Positions 26,636 through 36,807 of a DNA stretch of 64,000 nt are shown here, in pieces. Position numbers and translations under genes: made by a program. The notes beneath the pieces are model-generated. The model made no database searches. It was given only the letters and a program-made list of their open reading frames with translations, and was not told the origin of the DNA. The stretch is from the NCBI GenBank assembly GCA_016181045.1, contig JACPAB010000002.1:61126-125125 (forward strand), written 5' to 3'. How positions within the stretch are numbered: position 1 is the first letter of the stretch; each line of letters begins with the position of its first letter. The DNA is from Candidatus Yanofskybacteria bacterium (GTDB lineage: Bacteria > Patescibacteriota > Minisyncoccia > 2-02-FULL-40-12 > GWA2-44-9).

Positions 26636-27904
26636 ATGAATAAAATCCCTAACTTTATACTGGTTGGCGCGCTTTTGGGGGGCTTTTTTGCAGCCGCTTC
26701 GGTAAGGGCCGACCAGGTTTTTCTGTTTTCCGACGACCTTTCTTTTCTCTCCAACATTGATTCTGGCCAGACATCGGCTAAGCTTGCCAATGGCAGGTTT
26801 TATACCGCCGACGATTCGGTTTCGTCTGCTGTTGCTTCGGACACGGTGGCCAACCCGTCAAAATTGATAGTGAGCGCCCGTTTGGATGTGAGTGTTTCCA
26901 TTCCGTCCGACGCAATGATAATTTACTACCTATCCAATAACGGCGGTTTAAAGTGGACACAAGTGAACCCTGGTTTTACATATACATTTGATTCGGCGGG
27001 AAACGAATTAAGATGGCGCGCAGTTATTACAAGAAATAGCCCGTTTGTCCAAAGCGCCTCTATCGACCAGATAAATATAACCTATACTGTCAGCGATTCG
27101 ATAACGCCTTCTGTTTCATCGAATTTTACCGGAGGGTCTTTTGGTTCGGTTGCCTACGGCACCGATATTAACAGTTTTCTCTGCCGGACATTGTCCTCTT
27201 TGGGCTTGAGTTGCGGCAGTGGAACTCCGGAAGCTTACCAGCCGGCAACTTCGGGATCGGGGAGTGTGATCGGTTCGGTATTCAGTCCCGGTTCAACCGC
27301 TCCGGTTAACGCTTCGGACAACTCATCCAATAATTCAGTTGGCGGTTCCAATTTAACGGCTGCCATCTATACTGCCGGCAAAAAACAGGAAGGCAGCAAT
27401 TCCGTCAACCTTGTCAGGGTTAAGGGTCGAGAGGAAATTTATGAGATTGTGGGCGGCAAGAAGCACTTGCTTCCGACGATGGACATATTTTTTAACTACG
27501 GCTTCAAGCTTGAAATGGTCCAGGACATTACCCAAAAACAGCTCGACAAATTTCCGCGCATCAAGCTTATGCGGGTAACCGGCGACAAGAAAAATACATT
27601 TTACTTTACCGAAGGCGGAATGATACGTCTCATCCCGGACAAGAACGTCTTTAATTCTTACGGAGACAGGGAAGAGGATATAATCGTTATCAGCAAGAAA
27701 GAGTTCAACTGGTATCCCCAGAACCAGTTCGTCTTTCTGGAGAATCCTCTGAACCGCGATGTCTACCAGCTGGTCAACGGTAAGGTAAAAAGATATCTGA
27801 CACAATCGGCGGTAAAGAGAATGAAGATCGATTTGGAACAGATAGCGCCGATAAACCAGGTAGAACTCTCGACATATCAGACCGACAAACCGATAATCTT
27901 GTAA
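26636..27904 (+). CDS. hypothetical secreted protein (signal peptide, Ser/Gly-rich linker, three-fold repeated C-terminal module)
   Basis: 422 aa with an N-terminal signal peptide. Not ZnuA-like (no His-rich metal site). Confidence 0.45.
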   Translation: MNKIPNFILVGALLGGFFAAASVRADQVFLFSDDLSFLSNIDSGQTSAKLANGRFYTADDSVSSAVASDTVANPSKLIVSARLDVSVSIPSDAMIIYYLSNNGGLKWTQVNPGFTYTFDSAGNELRWRAVITRNSPFVQSASIDQINITYTVSDSITPSVSSNFTGGSFGSVAYGTDINSFLCRTLSSLGLSCGSGTPEAYQPATSGSGSVIGSVFSPGSTAPVNASDNSSNNSVGGSNLTAAIYTAGKKQEGSNSVNLVRVKGREEIYEIVGGKKHLLPTMDIFFNYGFKLEMVQDITQKQLDKFPRIKLMRVTGDKKNTFYFTEGGMIRLIPDKNVFNSYGDREEDIIVISKKEFNWYPQNQFVFLENPLNRDVYQLVNGKVKRYLTQSAVKRMKIDLEQIAPINQVELSTYQTDKPIIL

Positions 27905-27974
27905 TCGCTACGCTCATACACTTGGTTCGCTCGGATGAACTGAAAACAAGTTTTCAATCATCCTCGCTGCCAAG

Positions 27975-28010
27975 TGTAAAAATAAACGGCTCACATGTGT
28001 GAGCCGTTTA
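27975..28010. terminator. bidirectional terminator hairpin
   Basis: AAATAAACGGCTCACA-TG-TGTGAGCCGTTTATTTT perfect stem flanked by A/T runs. Confidence 0.55.
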
Positions 28011-28835
28011 TTTTAATTGCGAAATATCAAAATCAGGGTGGCCACGCAGGAATTCTTCAAAAGGCATTTCTCTTTTTCCTTCCATTTGAATTGTTTGAAT
28101 ACGAACTTTACCGTCACGGAGTTCGGCCTTTTTGATATTTATTATTTTATTGTTCCATGTTGTCCAGGTGCCGGGTTCGGGATTCAGCGCCCTTACCTGA
28201 TTGTAAATTTTTTGCGCCGGATCGTCCCAGTTTATTCTGCCATCCTCCCGGGTAAACATTTTTGTGAACGTCGCCTGGCTGTGGTCTTGTTCTTTCGGTT
28301 TTAGTTCACCGTTGATATATCCGGGCAAAATTTCTACCAGAAGTTTTGCCCCCAGTTCAAATAATTCTTTTGATGCTTGTAGGTTGTAAGTTGTAGGTTG
28401 TAAGTTGTAGGTTTTTTGCGCGAGTATGGGACCATGATCGATTTGGTCATCCATAAGTATAATAGTAACTCCGGTTTCGGTGCCTGTCCCGTAGTGTGAT
28501 TTCGGTTTATTTTTGCCGTAGGCATCCGAAATCTCTACTACGGGGTCACCATTCAAAATTGCGGTTTGAATAGGGGATGGACCGCGGTATTTCGGAAGAA
28601 GCGAAGGGTGTATGTTTATGAATCCGTATTTGGGAACATCAAGGTATCGAGCCGGAAGTATCTTGCCGTACGCGGCCACGACACAGAGGTCGGGTTTGAG
28701 CGACTTGAACTCTTGGAATACCTGCCCGTCCTTTAAAGTTGGCGGTTGAAAGCGGGAAACATTGTAACCGTTTTTAATTAATGCTTCTAAAACCGGCATG
28801 GCAAAATCGGGAGTTCCGAAAAATACAATGTTCAT
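28008..28835 (-). CDS. fmt: methionyl-tRNA formyltransferase
   Basis: MNIVFFGTPDFA plus formyltransferase core motifs. Carries an in-frame tandem-repeat insert. Confidence 0.8.
   Translation of the reverse strand: MNIVFFGTPDFAMPVLEALIKNGYNVSRFQPPTLKDGQVFQEFKSLKPDLCVVAAYGKILPARYLDVPKYGFINIHPSLLPKYRGPSPIQTAILNGDPVVEISDAYGKNKPKSHYGTGTETGVTIILMDDQIDHGPILAQKTYNLQPTTYNLQASKELFELGAKLLVEILPGYINGELKPKEQDHSQATFTKMFTREDGRINWDDPAQKIYNQVRALNPEPGTWTTWNNKIINIKKAELRDGKVRIQTIQMEGKREMPFEEFLRGHPDFDISQLK
28375..28410 (-). repeat. in-frame insertion of 15-nt tandem repeat (CCTACAACTTACAAC-like units) inside fmt
   Basis: The plus strand GTTGTAAGTTGTAGGTTGTAAGTTGTAGG encodes ...KTYNLQPTTYNLQ. Same unit family as the intergenic TACGAC repeats. 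Confidence 0.5.
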
Positions 28836-28920
28836 AAATTTCTAATTATTCTAATTTCTAATTAACCTAATCAAATCCCAATACCCAATTTTAGAAATTA
28901 GAACGACTAGGTTAATTAGG

Positions 28921-29454
28921 TCAATTTTCTGCGGCACGATTTTTGATCGTAATTCCGTTCAGGTGGTCGGTCTCGTGTTGCAGGACCCGGGCCAGAAATC
29001 CTCTTACTCGGAATTTTATTTTATTTCCGTTCTTATCGACAGCTTTGATCTTTATCTTTTTCGCCCTCTTTATTGGAACATAGAACCTCGGGATTGAAAG
29101 ACAACCCTCTTCCAGTTCGTCAGCGTCTTTTGAATACTCGGTTATTTCCGGGTTGAAAAAAGTATCGGGCAGACCTGCTTCTTCGGCCAATTTTTCGTCC
29201 ACAACGAATATACTCAAGTCCTTATTTACTTGGTTGGCAGCCAGCCCGATACCCTCATTGTCCCTCATCGCCTTTTTCATACCCGAAATCAGTTCCCGAT
29301 ATGAGCCATTCTTTATGTCTTCCACAGCCACCGCAGTCATCTTTTTTGCCAGTATTTTATTGGGTATTTTCGTTATTTCCACAAGTAAATAATAATCTTT
29401 TTGGGTAAAAAATTCAATTACAAAAGAGAGCGGGGATCGACGTCTATCAGCCAA
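28921..29454 (-). CDS. def: peptide deformylase
   Basis: GCLSIP and QHETDHLNG motifs. def-fmt operon. Confidence 0.85.
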   Translation of the reverse strand: MADRRRSPLSFVIEFFTQKDYYLLVEITKIPNKILAKKMTAVAVEDIKNGSYRELISGMKKAMRDNEGIGLAANQVNKDLSIFVVDEKLAEEAGLPDTFFNPEITEYSKDADELEEGCLSIPRFYVPIKRAKKIKIKAVDKNGNKIKFRVRGFLARVLQHETDHLNGITIKNRAAEN

Positions 29455-31424
29455 CGGGAGGGGACGTATTTCAATATCTCGCGGGGTGTCTGCCCGGTCA
29501 GGGATTTGACCACGATATTGTATGTGTAAAGTCCGCGTTCTTTTTCCGTATATCCCGGCGATGAGTCGGTGATTTTTATTTTGTCCGATAGTTTTAACTG
29601 GACCACGGCCATTTTTAATTTGCCGGCTAGTATCCTTGCTTCGCGGGAGGCCACTTCGCGGCTGGGATGCCGGAAAGTTAACTTTATCAATCTGGAGAAC
29701 GGGGGATACGAGAGGGTTTGCCGCATCGTTAGCTCTTTCTCGTAAAAATCGTTGTAATTTCTTTGCGAGGCCATTACGATAGCTTGGTTTTCCGGGTTGA
29801 AGGTCTGGATGAGTAGCAGCTGCGGCTTGAAGTCGAATAGTTTCTCCAGTTGATAAAACAGGCGTTCCTCCGTGTGGAAATCGGGTGACTGAATAAGGGA
29901 ATCGGCGTTCATAATGGCTACGAAGTCGAAGTTATGGTCATAGCGATAGCTGAATATCATCTGGGTAGCTATAAGGATGGATGTATTGGGTTTGGCTATC
30001 TCACTCATCACTTCTTCTTCCTCGGTTTGATTTGCCGTTACGTCGGTGTCCAGGATGAGAACAGGCACTCCGGTTACTTCGTTCTGAGATAAAATCCTCC
30101 GGACTTCCTCATATATTTTCTGGCTGCCGGCCGGACCGGTCGGCTTGAGCTTGGAACTGTTGCAGTTGGGGCAATGATCGGGAAGCCGCTGTGTGTTTCC
30201 GCAATGATGGCACACCAGAACCAAGTTCTCGGCCCGGTGGATGCGATAGGCGACTTCGCAGTTGGGGCACTTGGCCGTATAGCCGCAATTCTGGCAGACA
30301 ACGATACCCGAATGTCCGCGCCGCGGAGAAAATATAAGGATCTTTTTGTCCTGGGTGTTCGGGTTGACTAGTGAGAGGATTTGGCTTTTCAGCTCTCTGC
30401 TTAACAAAGAGAAATTTCCTGATTTTATTTCGCTGACCATGTTTATTGTCTTGATGGGGGGTGGTGAGGATGTCTTGTCCATCAGTTCATAGGTTTTATT
30501 TTTCAAGAGGAAATAATTTTCGACCCCTGTGATGGGGGACAAGTACACAAGGCGGCAGTTGTTCGTTTTGGCTATATAGCCGGCCAGGTCAGCCGCATTA
30601 TACTTGGGAGACATATCGGATTTGTAGAACTCGTGCAGGGGGTCATCGACAATGACCAGCGCTAATTTCTTGAAAGGAAGAAGAAGCGCCTGCCTGGTCC
30701 CGACCAATACCTGAACTTTCCCGTTCTGGGTATTTTGCCAAGCGTTAAAGAGTGCTTTATTGCCGACTCCGGAAGAAACTTTTACCGTCTCAAAATTCTT
30801 ACTCAAGTTTTTATAGAAATGGTCAATTGTTTGATTATCGGGAACGATCAAAACCGCCTGTCCGTTCTTGCTTACCGCACTTTTAACCAAGGGCATCACA
30901 TTCTTCAATGCGTTTTTGGCATCGGTCAGAATAAAATCCGGTTTTCTTTTGGCTTCCCGAAGCCTTGCTTCGGGAAGCTCTGCCGCTTTTAATAAATATT
31001 TTTTTTTAAGAAAGAAAGGCGGTAATACGGCTTTCAGGCACATGCCCAAAGGCGAATAATAGGCCTTGGAAAGCCAGAGGGCTATGTGGAGTTGCCGGTC
31101 GGATATCTGCGGCGTCTCTGTGAGGACCTCGGAAATCCTCTTGAGCTGGAACTCCGCTTTTTTTAAACCGATTTTAGCTTCTTCGATAGGCAATGATGAT
31201 AGAACAACGGCCTTAACTTTTCTATTATTAATCTCTACCTCAACAATGGCACCTCTTGGCAATGGGGAACTCGTCCCGTTAGAGGTCCGATCCGCCTGAA
31301 AGGCGTGGTTGGCAGACGACCCCTCGAGGGGCGTCTTACCTCTAACGGGATCAAAAAAATAACTCAATATTTGAGGCACGTTCGGAGGCAGGACGGTAAG
31401 GGGAATAATTTCAATGACAAACAT
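29418..31424 (-). CDS. priA: primosomal protein N' (PriA) with degenerate ATPase motifs
   Basis: PriA Cys-rich zinc region (CQNCGYTAKCPNCEVAY...CHHCG...CPNC) and helicase-core architecture. No GxGKT Walker A; motif II reads DDPLHE. Confidence 0.65.
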   Translation of the reverse strand: MFVIEIIPLTVLPPNVPQILSYFFDPVRGKTPLEGSSANHAFQADRTSNGTSSPLPRGAIVEVEINNRKVKAVVLSSLPIEEAKIGLKKAEFQLKRISEVLTETPQISDRQLHIALWLSKAYYSPLGMCLKAVLPPFFLKKKYLLKAAELPEARLREAKRKPDFILTDAKNALKNVMPLVKSAVSKNGQAVLIVPDNQTIDHFYKNLSKNFETVKVSSGVGNKALFNAWQNTQNGKVQVLVGTRQALLLPFKKLALVIVDDPLHEFYKSDMSPKYNAADLAGYIAKTNNCRLVYLSPITGVENYFLLKNKTYELMDKTSSPPPIKTINMVSEIKSGNFSLLSRELKSQILSLVNPNTQDKKILIFSPRRGHSGIVVCQNCGYTAKCPNCEVAYRIHRAENLVLVCHHCGNTQRLPDHCPNCNSSKLKPTGPAGSQKIYEEVRRILSQNEVTGVPVLILDTDVTANQTEEEEVMSEIAKPNTSILIATQMIFSYRYDHNFDFVAIMNADSLIQSPDFHTEERLFYQLEKLFDFKPQLLLIQTFNPENQAIVMASQRNYNDFYEKELTMRQTLSYPPFSRLIKLTFRHPSREVASREARILAGKLKMAVVQLKLSDKIKITDSSPGYTEKERGLYTYNIVVKSLTGQTPREILKYVPSRWLIDVDPRSLL

Positions 31425-31650
31425 ATTATAACTTGCTGGCCGCTCTCGCCTTGTTTTTGGCGAGTACGCTCTTGACCAATATTTTCGTTAAAAGCTCCAG
31501 TCCTCCCTCACCATATTATTATATGGCTCGGTTCTGGCTTCGCTTTTGCCTCAATCTTGGCCAAGCCAGCTACGTTCTAATAATTAAACAATTAGAGTGA
31601 TTAGGTCAATCAGTTAGAAATTTATAATGTTTTAAGGTATAATTTTTGTT

Positions 31651-33015
31651 ATGAAAGTAAAAGTTAGGATAGCCCCATCACCGACGGGATTTTTACATAT
31701 CGGGACTGCCCAGTCCGCTCTTTATAATTGGCTTTTTGCCCGTAAGAACGGCGGGACTTTTCATTTGCGCATTGAAGACACAGACAGGGAGCGTTCTACC
31801 AAAGAGTATGAACACAGTATTTTATACGCGCTGGAATGGCTCGGATTGAATTGGGATGGCGAGGTGGTTCGGCAGAGCCAGCACGGAATTAAGTATCGAA
31901 AAGCACTGGAGCGATTGATCACGGAAGGCAAGGCCTTCTGGTGCAATCACACGAAAGAAGAGCTTGAATCTGAACGTAAAGAACAGGGAGAAAAAAAGGA
32001 ACCGCCGCGGCATATTTGCAGCCACCGAAATAATGCCATGCATTATCCTGCCTCAAGTCCGCAACGTATCAATGATTGGGTGCTTCGGCTCGCGGTTGAT
32101 CGGGATGTCCAGCGAAAAATTATTTTTGACGATATAATTCGTGGCCGCATTGAATTTGATGCCTCACTGTTGGGGGATTTTAGTATTGCAAAATCGCTTG
32201 ATGACGCACTCTATAATTTCGCGGTTGTTGTTGACGACATAGATATGGGAATTACTCATGTCATTCGTGGCGAGGACCATATCTCAAACACTCCCAAACA
32301 GATACTAATCTATGAAGCTCTTGGCAAAGAGATTCCTAAGTTTGCTCACTTGCCGCTGATACTCGCGCCTGACCGTTCGAAACTTTCCAAACGCCATGGC
32401 GCCGTAGCGGTAGTCGATTATAAAAGAGATTATCTGCCCGAAGCGCTTTTGAATTTTTTGGGCGCTATGAGCCACACATTCAGCAAGGAATTATTGACTA
32501 AAGAAGAAATGATTGAAGAATTCGAGCTGTCCAAGGTCCATAAGTCGGGCGCGGTATTCAACACAGAAAAGCTGAACTGGTTCAATTCGCAGTATATTAA
32601 AAAACTTGAACCGTCGAAATTCCTGGAACTAGCCGGTATTGATGTCCCAGAAAAAGCGATTCCCCTGATAACCGAACGCCTGGAAAAATTGAGCGATGTG
32701 CAGAATTTTGATTATTTTTGGAAAGAACCGGAATACGATAAAGAATTATTGAAGTGGAAAGAATTTAGTTTAGAAGAAAGCAAAAAGTCGCTGGAGGAGT
32801 CAAGTAAAATATTGGAAAAAACTGAAAATAACGAGGCCGTTCGTTCGGCGTTTGATGAATTGGGACAAAAATTGGGGAATAGGGGACTGGCGTATTGGCC
32901 TTTACGGGTTGCCCTGACAGGAAAAGAAAAATCCCCCGACCCGATTGATATTGCTTTTGTTCTTGGAAAAGAAAAAACCCTCGAAAGGGTTAAGAAAGCC
33001 ATAAGATCGTTGTAA
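31651..33015 (+). CDS. gltX: glutamyl-tRNA synthetase
   Basis: SPTGFLHIGTA (the HIGH motif) and KLSKR (the KMSKS motif). Confidence 0.85.
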   Translation: MKVKVRIAPSPTGFLHIGTAQSALYNWLFARKNGGTFHLRIEDTDRERSTKEYEHSILYALEWLGLNWDGEVVRQSQHGIKYRKALERLITEGKAFWCNHTKEELESERKEQGEKKEPPRHICSHRNNAMHYPASSPQRINDWVLRLAVDRDVQRKIIFDDIIRGRIEFDASLLGDFSIAKSLDDALYNFAVVVDDIDMGITHVIRGEDHISNTPKQILIYEALGKEIPKFAHLPLILAPDRSKLSKRHGAVAVVDYKRDYLPEALLNFLGAMSHTFSKELLTKEEMIEEFELSKVHKSGAVFNTEKLNWFNSQYIKKLEPSKFLELAGIDVPEKAIPLITERLEKLSDVQNFDYFWKEPEYDKELLKWKEFSLEESKKSLEESSKILEKTENNEAVRSAFDELGQKLGNRGLAYWPLRVALTGKEKSPDPIDIAFVLGKEKTLERVKKAIRSL

Positions 33016-33020
33016 TAGCT

Positions 33021-33473
33021 CTATCCTGTTATAAGAATTAGCGACCAAAAAACAAAGTTAGTAAAGGCGTGGGCCGTAATGGAAGATGTAAGACCGCCTC
33101 GCAAAAAAGCTAATGAATAAATTACTCCCGATGCGCCTTGTATGAATATGTGGTGCCACGAACCATGTACTGATCCGAATAAGATTGACATAAGAATGAT
33201 AGTGGTCCAAAGAATATTTTTGTTATCGGTTATGAGTTTCACTCCTTTTATGGGTAAAAATCGGGACAGGATTTCCTCTAAAAAAGGGTTTCTTACGACC
33301 ATTAAAAAAAACAAAATTATCGGCCGCTTAAGATCTTCATCTGTTATTACTTTGGACGGCTCGGATATTATTCCCAAGTGCGTCAAAACAAAGAAAATAC
33401 CGGCTATTATTATTACTGTGACTAAATTAATTATTCCAAACTTCAAACCTACGCGAATTTTCTCCGTTGGCAC
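33021..33473 (-). CDS. CPBP-family (CAAX) intramembrane metalloprotease
   Basis: EEILSRFL, FGSVHG and TSSITAHAFTN motifs in a polytopic membrane protein. Confidence 0.5.
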   Translation of the reverse strand: MPTEKIRVGLKFGIINLVTVIIIAGIFFVLTHLGIISEPSKVITDEDLKRPIILFFLMVVRNPFLEEILSRFLPIKGVKLITDNKNILWTTIILMSILFGSVHGSWHHIFIQGASGVIYSLAFLRGGLTSSITAHAFTNFVFWSLILITG

Positions 33474-34780
33474 GCCTTAACTCCAAATTTAAAATGAGCA
33501 ATTTAGGCAATAAGAACAAAAAAAATCTAAACCGTCAAGTTTTTTTGTTTCTGCTATTTTCTATTTTCTACTTACTACTTTCTACCGTAGCTTTTGCCCA
33601 GACCGAGGATGAAAGAATGGCCGAATTGCGGGCGGAAATAGAACGTCTCGAACAGCAGGCGGAGCAGTTTCGCGGAAGCATCGCCCAGGAGCAGGCCGAG
33701 GCAAAAACCCTCCAGGGTGAGATCGCAAAGATCAACAGCCAAATAAAATATCTGGAAAACCAGATATCCTTGACCGGAAGTAAAATAAAAAAAACCGGCA
33801 TCGAGATCGGCGGCGTGGAAACCCATATTTCTACAACCCAGGAGAAAATAAATTCCCAGAAAAACGCCATTTCTCAAACTATTTTATTCCTGAACCGGCA
33901 AGAAACGGAGGGACTGCTTACGCTCCTGCTCAAGAATAACAACATCTCTGACTTTTTGAGGCAGGAGCATTATGCCAATTCTCTTAATGCTAATCTTCTT
34001 GCCCTTATAGACGACCTTCGGGACACTAAGAGCGAACTGGAAGATCAAAAGTCGGACCTCGAAGCCAAGAAAGGTGACCTCGAATCGATGAAGCAACAAC
34101 AAAGTTCGCAAAAAGTATCTCTTGGCGGGACAAAATCGGAAAAAGACGGATTGCTGAAAGAAACCAAAGGCCAGGAAGCGGCATACCAAAAAATGTTGGA
34201 AGAAGTGGAATTAAAGCAATCCCTTTTCTTTACGGAATTAAAAGAACTGGAGACAAAAATTATTCAAGGTGGGCTTTATATTCTTCGTATCCAGGCAGAA
34301 AATTTACCCAAAAAGGGGACCGATCTTTTCCGGTGGCCGGAGGATAACTACCGCACAACCCAAGTATACGGCTGTACTGCATATGCCCGTTGCAAAAGAG
34401 CGAGCGGGCCTTACGGCGGTAAAATTCATAACGGCATGGACATTAAAGTCGGCTACGGCACCCCCATCAAGGCCATTGGCGACGGGGAGATCATAGCCAA
34501 CGGCAAGAATGACGGTTGGGGCAATTGGATAGCTATCAAGCATCCGCCATATAACCTTGTCAGTTTATATGGCCACATGAGCGCTTTTGAATTTTTGAGA
34601 GTCGGCACACAGGTCAAAGCCGGAGAAGTTATCGGATACGAGGGTTCGACTGGATTTTCAACCGGCTCACATGTCCACTTGAGCATATACAAAGAATTCT
34701 TTACTTATATTAACGAAAAGAACGGCCAGTTATACTTTAACTACGACAACACCATCGACCCGCGCGATTACCTTCCATAA
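33467..34780 (+). CDS. M23 family peptidase with N-terminal coiled-coil (EnvC/NlpD-like)
   Basis: Signal/TM segment, a long coiled coil, and the M23 motifs HNGMDIK...GSHVHLSIY. Confidence 0.7.
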   Translation: MARLNSKFKMSNLGNKNKKNLNRQVFLFLLFSIFYLLLSTVAFAQTEDERMAELRAEIERLEQQAEQFRGSIAQEQAEAKTLQGEIAKINSQIKYLENQISLTGSKIKKTGIEIGGVETHISTTQEKINSQKNAISQTILFLNRQETEGLLTLLLKNNNISDFLRQEHYANSLNANLLALIDDLRDTKSELEDQKSDLEAKKGDLESMKQQQSSQKVSLGGTKSEKDGLLKETKGQEAAYQKMLEEVELKQSLFFTELKELETKIIQGGLYILRIQAENLPKKGTDLFRWPEDNYRTTQVYGCTAYARCKRASGPYGGKIHNGMDIKVGYGTPIKAIGDGEIIANGKNDGWGNWIAIKHPPYNLVSLYGHMSAFEFLRVGTQVKAGEVIGYEGSTGFSTGSHVHLSIYKEFFTYINEKNGQLYFNYDNTIDPRDYLP

Positions 34781-34983
34781 AAACTTATACGTGAACCGAG
34801 CCCAACTACGTTTAGGGCTATACGGCTCACCGAAGGTTGGCCAATTTCGTCGTTAAAAGATTCCGTTTCGGTCTCACCATACTTCAGTATGGCTCAGTCG
34901 AATGCTCGATTTTGCCTCGACCTCGGAAAACACAGAGAGTTTTTATTATGGCCGGGTTCGGAGCTATGTGATAAAATAAAACC

Positions 34984-36240
34984 ATGGTTAAGATTCTCAT
35001 TCTTGGCGGGGGATTCGGGGGCATCAGGGCCGCTCTTGACCTTGAAAATAAACTTACCCATTCAAGGGGTTCAGGGCAAGAGGACGAAGCGCATATTACC
35101 TTGATAGACAAAAACGGCTACCATCTTTTTCTGCCGGCTCTGTATGAGGTTGCTTCCGCTTATGGCGTAAAAAAAGATCCGTTTGCCGTGCGGCTCAAAA
35201 AAAGTATCTGCATCCCTTATCATTCGATATTCGAGGGTAAAAAACTCGATTTTATACAAGATGAGGTCACCAAAATAGATTTGAACGCAAAAAAGGTCTT
35301 TGCCGACGCGAGAGTTTTCGAGTACGACTATTTGCTCATAGCCCTTGGCAGTCAGACCAACGATTTCGGCATCCCGGGGGTCAAAGAATATGCTTACCAA
35401 TTCAAATCTATAGATGACGCCCTCATGGTCAATAAAAAGCTCGAGGAGTCGATAAAAAGATCTTCGGTACCGTATCCGGTAAAAATTTTCGTGTGCGGCG
35501 GGGGATTCACGGGAGTTGAATTGGCCGCGGAATTATCTTGCTGCGCTAAAAAGGTCGCTAAAGTCAACAAGATCAAACACAAGTCCCACACCGTAACGCT
35601 CTTTGAGGCCGGGCCCAAGATACTACCGATGATATCCGAAGAGAAACGACAACATATTCTTCGCCGTCTGACCCGTCTGGGCGTTTCGGTAATGGAAAAT
35701 TCTCCCATCGAAGAAGTTGGTCCCGATTTCGTCAAGCTCAAGAATGGCCAAAATATGGACGGCAACATCATTGTCTGGACGGCGGGTATCAAGGCCAATG
35801 AATTACTTAAGAACGTTGCCGGTTTATCCGTCTCGGTAAGCGGAAAAGTAATTACCGACGAATTCCTGCAAGTTAAGGATTCAAAAAACGTTTTTGCTAT
35901 CGGAGACAACGTTGAATTTATTGACCCCAAGACACAGAAACCCGTTCCGGCTTTTGCCTATGTGGCTAATGACCAGGGAAAAGTTGTTGCCGAAAATATT
36001 ATTCGGACCCTACAAGCTAAGAAGCTAAAAAGCTATTGTCCTTTCTATAGCGTCTGGGTCGCTCCCGCCGGAGGCAAATACGCCATAGCCCATTTATGGA
36101 ATGGTATCCATATAACTGGTTTTTTGGGCTGGGTGGTCAGGGAACTCATCGACCTTCGATATATGCTTTCTATCCTTCCGCCCGGGAAAGCGTTATCATT
36201 AATGTGGCAGGAGGTGACGCTGTTCACCAAAAACGACTAA
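34984..36240 (+). CDS. ndh: type II NADH dehydrogenase / FAD-dependent pyridine nucleotide-disulfide oxidoreductase
   Basis: ILILGGGFGG and CGGGFTGVE dinucleotide-binding motifs. Confidence 0.65.
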   Translation: MVKILILGGGFGGIRAALDLENKLTHSRGSGQEDEAHITLIDKNGYHLFLPALYEVASAYGVKKDPFAVRLKKSICIPYHSIFEGKKLDFIQDEVTKIDLNAKKVFADARVFEYDYLLIALGSQTNDFGIPGVKEYAYQFKSIDDALMVNKKLEESIKRSSVPYPVKIFVCGGGFTGVELAAELSCCAKKVAKVNKIKHKSHTVTLFEAGPKILPMISEEKRQHILRRLTRLGVSVMENSPIEEVGPDFVKLKNGQNMDGNIIVWTAGIKANELLKNVAGLSVSVSGKVITDEFLQVKDSKNVFAIGDNVEFIDPKTQKPVPAFAYVANDQGKVVAENIIRTLQAKKLKSYCPFYSVWVAPAGGKYAIAHLWNGIHITGFLGWVVRELIDLRYMLSILPPGKALSLMWQEVTLFTKND

Positions 36241-36308
36241 ATATTGACAATATGTTTAAATATTGTGTAACTAATGCGGGGCAGGGCAGGGGAGCGAGAA
36301 TAGCAAAA

Positions 36309-36752
36309 ATGACAGCTGTCATTTTTGCTATTCTCATTTACCATTTACCATTTACCAATTTCCATTTTGTTTCAGCGGCGGAGCTGGGGAGTTATAATTT
36401 AAATTTGGACTCAACTCAGGACCTGTTAGATGTTACAAAAACAGTGAATAAAGTTGTCGGCGAGGTTATAAACGACCTGACACCGACCGACCTCTTCAAT
36501 ACCGGCACCAACTTTCCCTTGAATTTGCCCCTGAATCCTCTTAATCATGTTAAAGGTTTCGGTATAAGCGGTCTGGATACAGACACGACCGATCTGGACC
36601 TTACGCGGTTCTTTAGCCCTGCCGGTGTCTCGACCGGCGACCTGACCAGCATATTAAAAGGGGTGGCGATCTTATCCATACAGATTTTCATTGTAGTGGT
36701 TCAGGTGGTCTGGGAAGTAGTTAAAGGCATACGGGGGGCCGTTGTCAGTTGA
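36309..36752 (+). CDS. hypothetical small secreted protein
   Basis: In-frame ATG at 36309 downstream of ndh (the track ORF starts at 36096, inside ndh). Hydrophobic N-terminus. Overlaps an AT-rich CCATTTACCA repeat. Confidence 0.3.
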   Translation: MTAVIFAILIYHLPFTNFHFVSAAELGSYNLNLDSTQDLLDVTKTVNKVVGEVINDLTPTDLFNTGTNFPLNLPLNPLNHVKGFGISGLDTDTTDLDLTRFFSPAGVSTGDLTSILKGVAILSIQIFIVVVQVVWEVVKGIRGAVVS

Positions 36753-36807
36753 AGTAAAGGCCTTGTGAAATGGGCAATACGTCGTAAAAGGCATATTGTC
36801 AGACGTA

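Noticed and set aside
31425-31650. Possible T-box or other leader upstream of gltX
   Set aside because: Some hairpins are present (CTCGCC...GGCGAG; TTGGCCAA), but no T-box AGGGUGGNACCGCG motif or specifier loop. It is treated as an ordinary divergent promoter region.
36096-36308. 5' extension of ORF 36096..36752 overlapping ndh
   Set aside because: It overlaps the C-terminal 48 codons of ndh in another frame. The downstream in-frame ATG at 36309 gives a sensible signal-peptide start.
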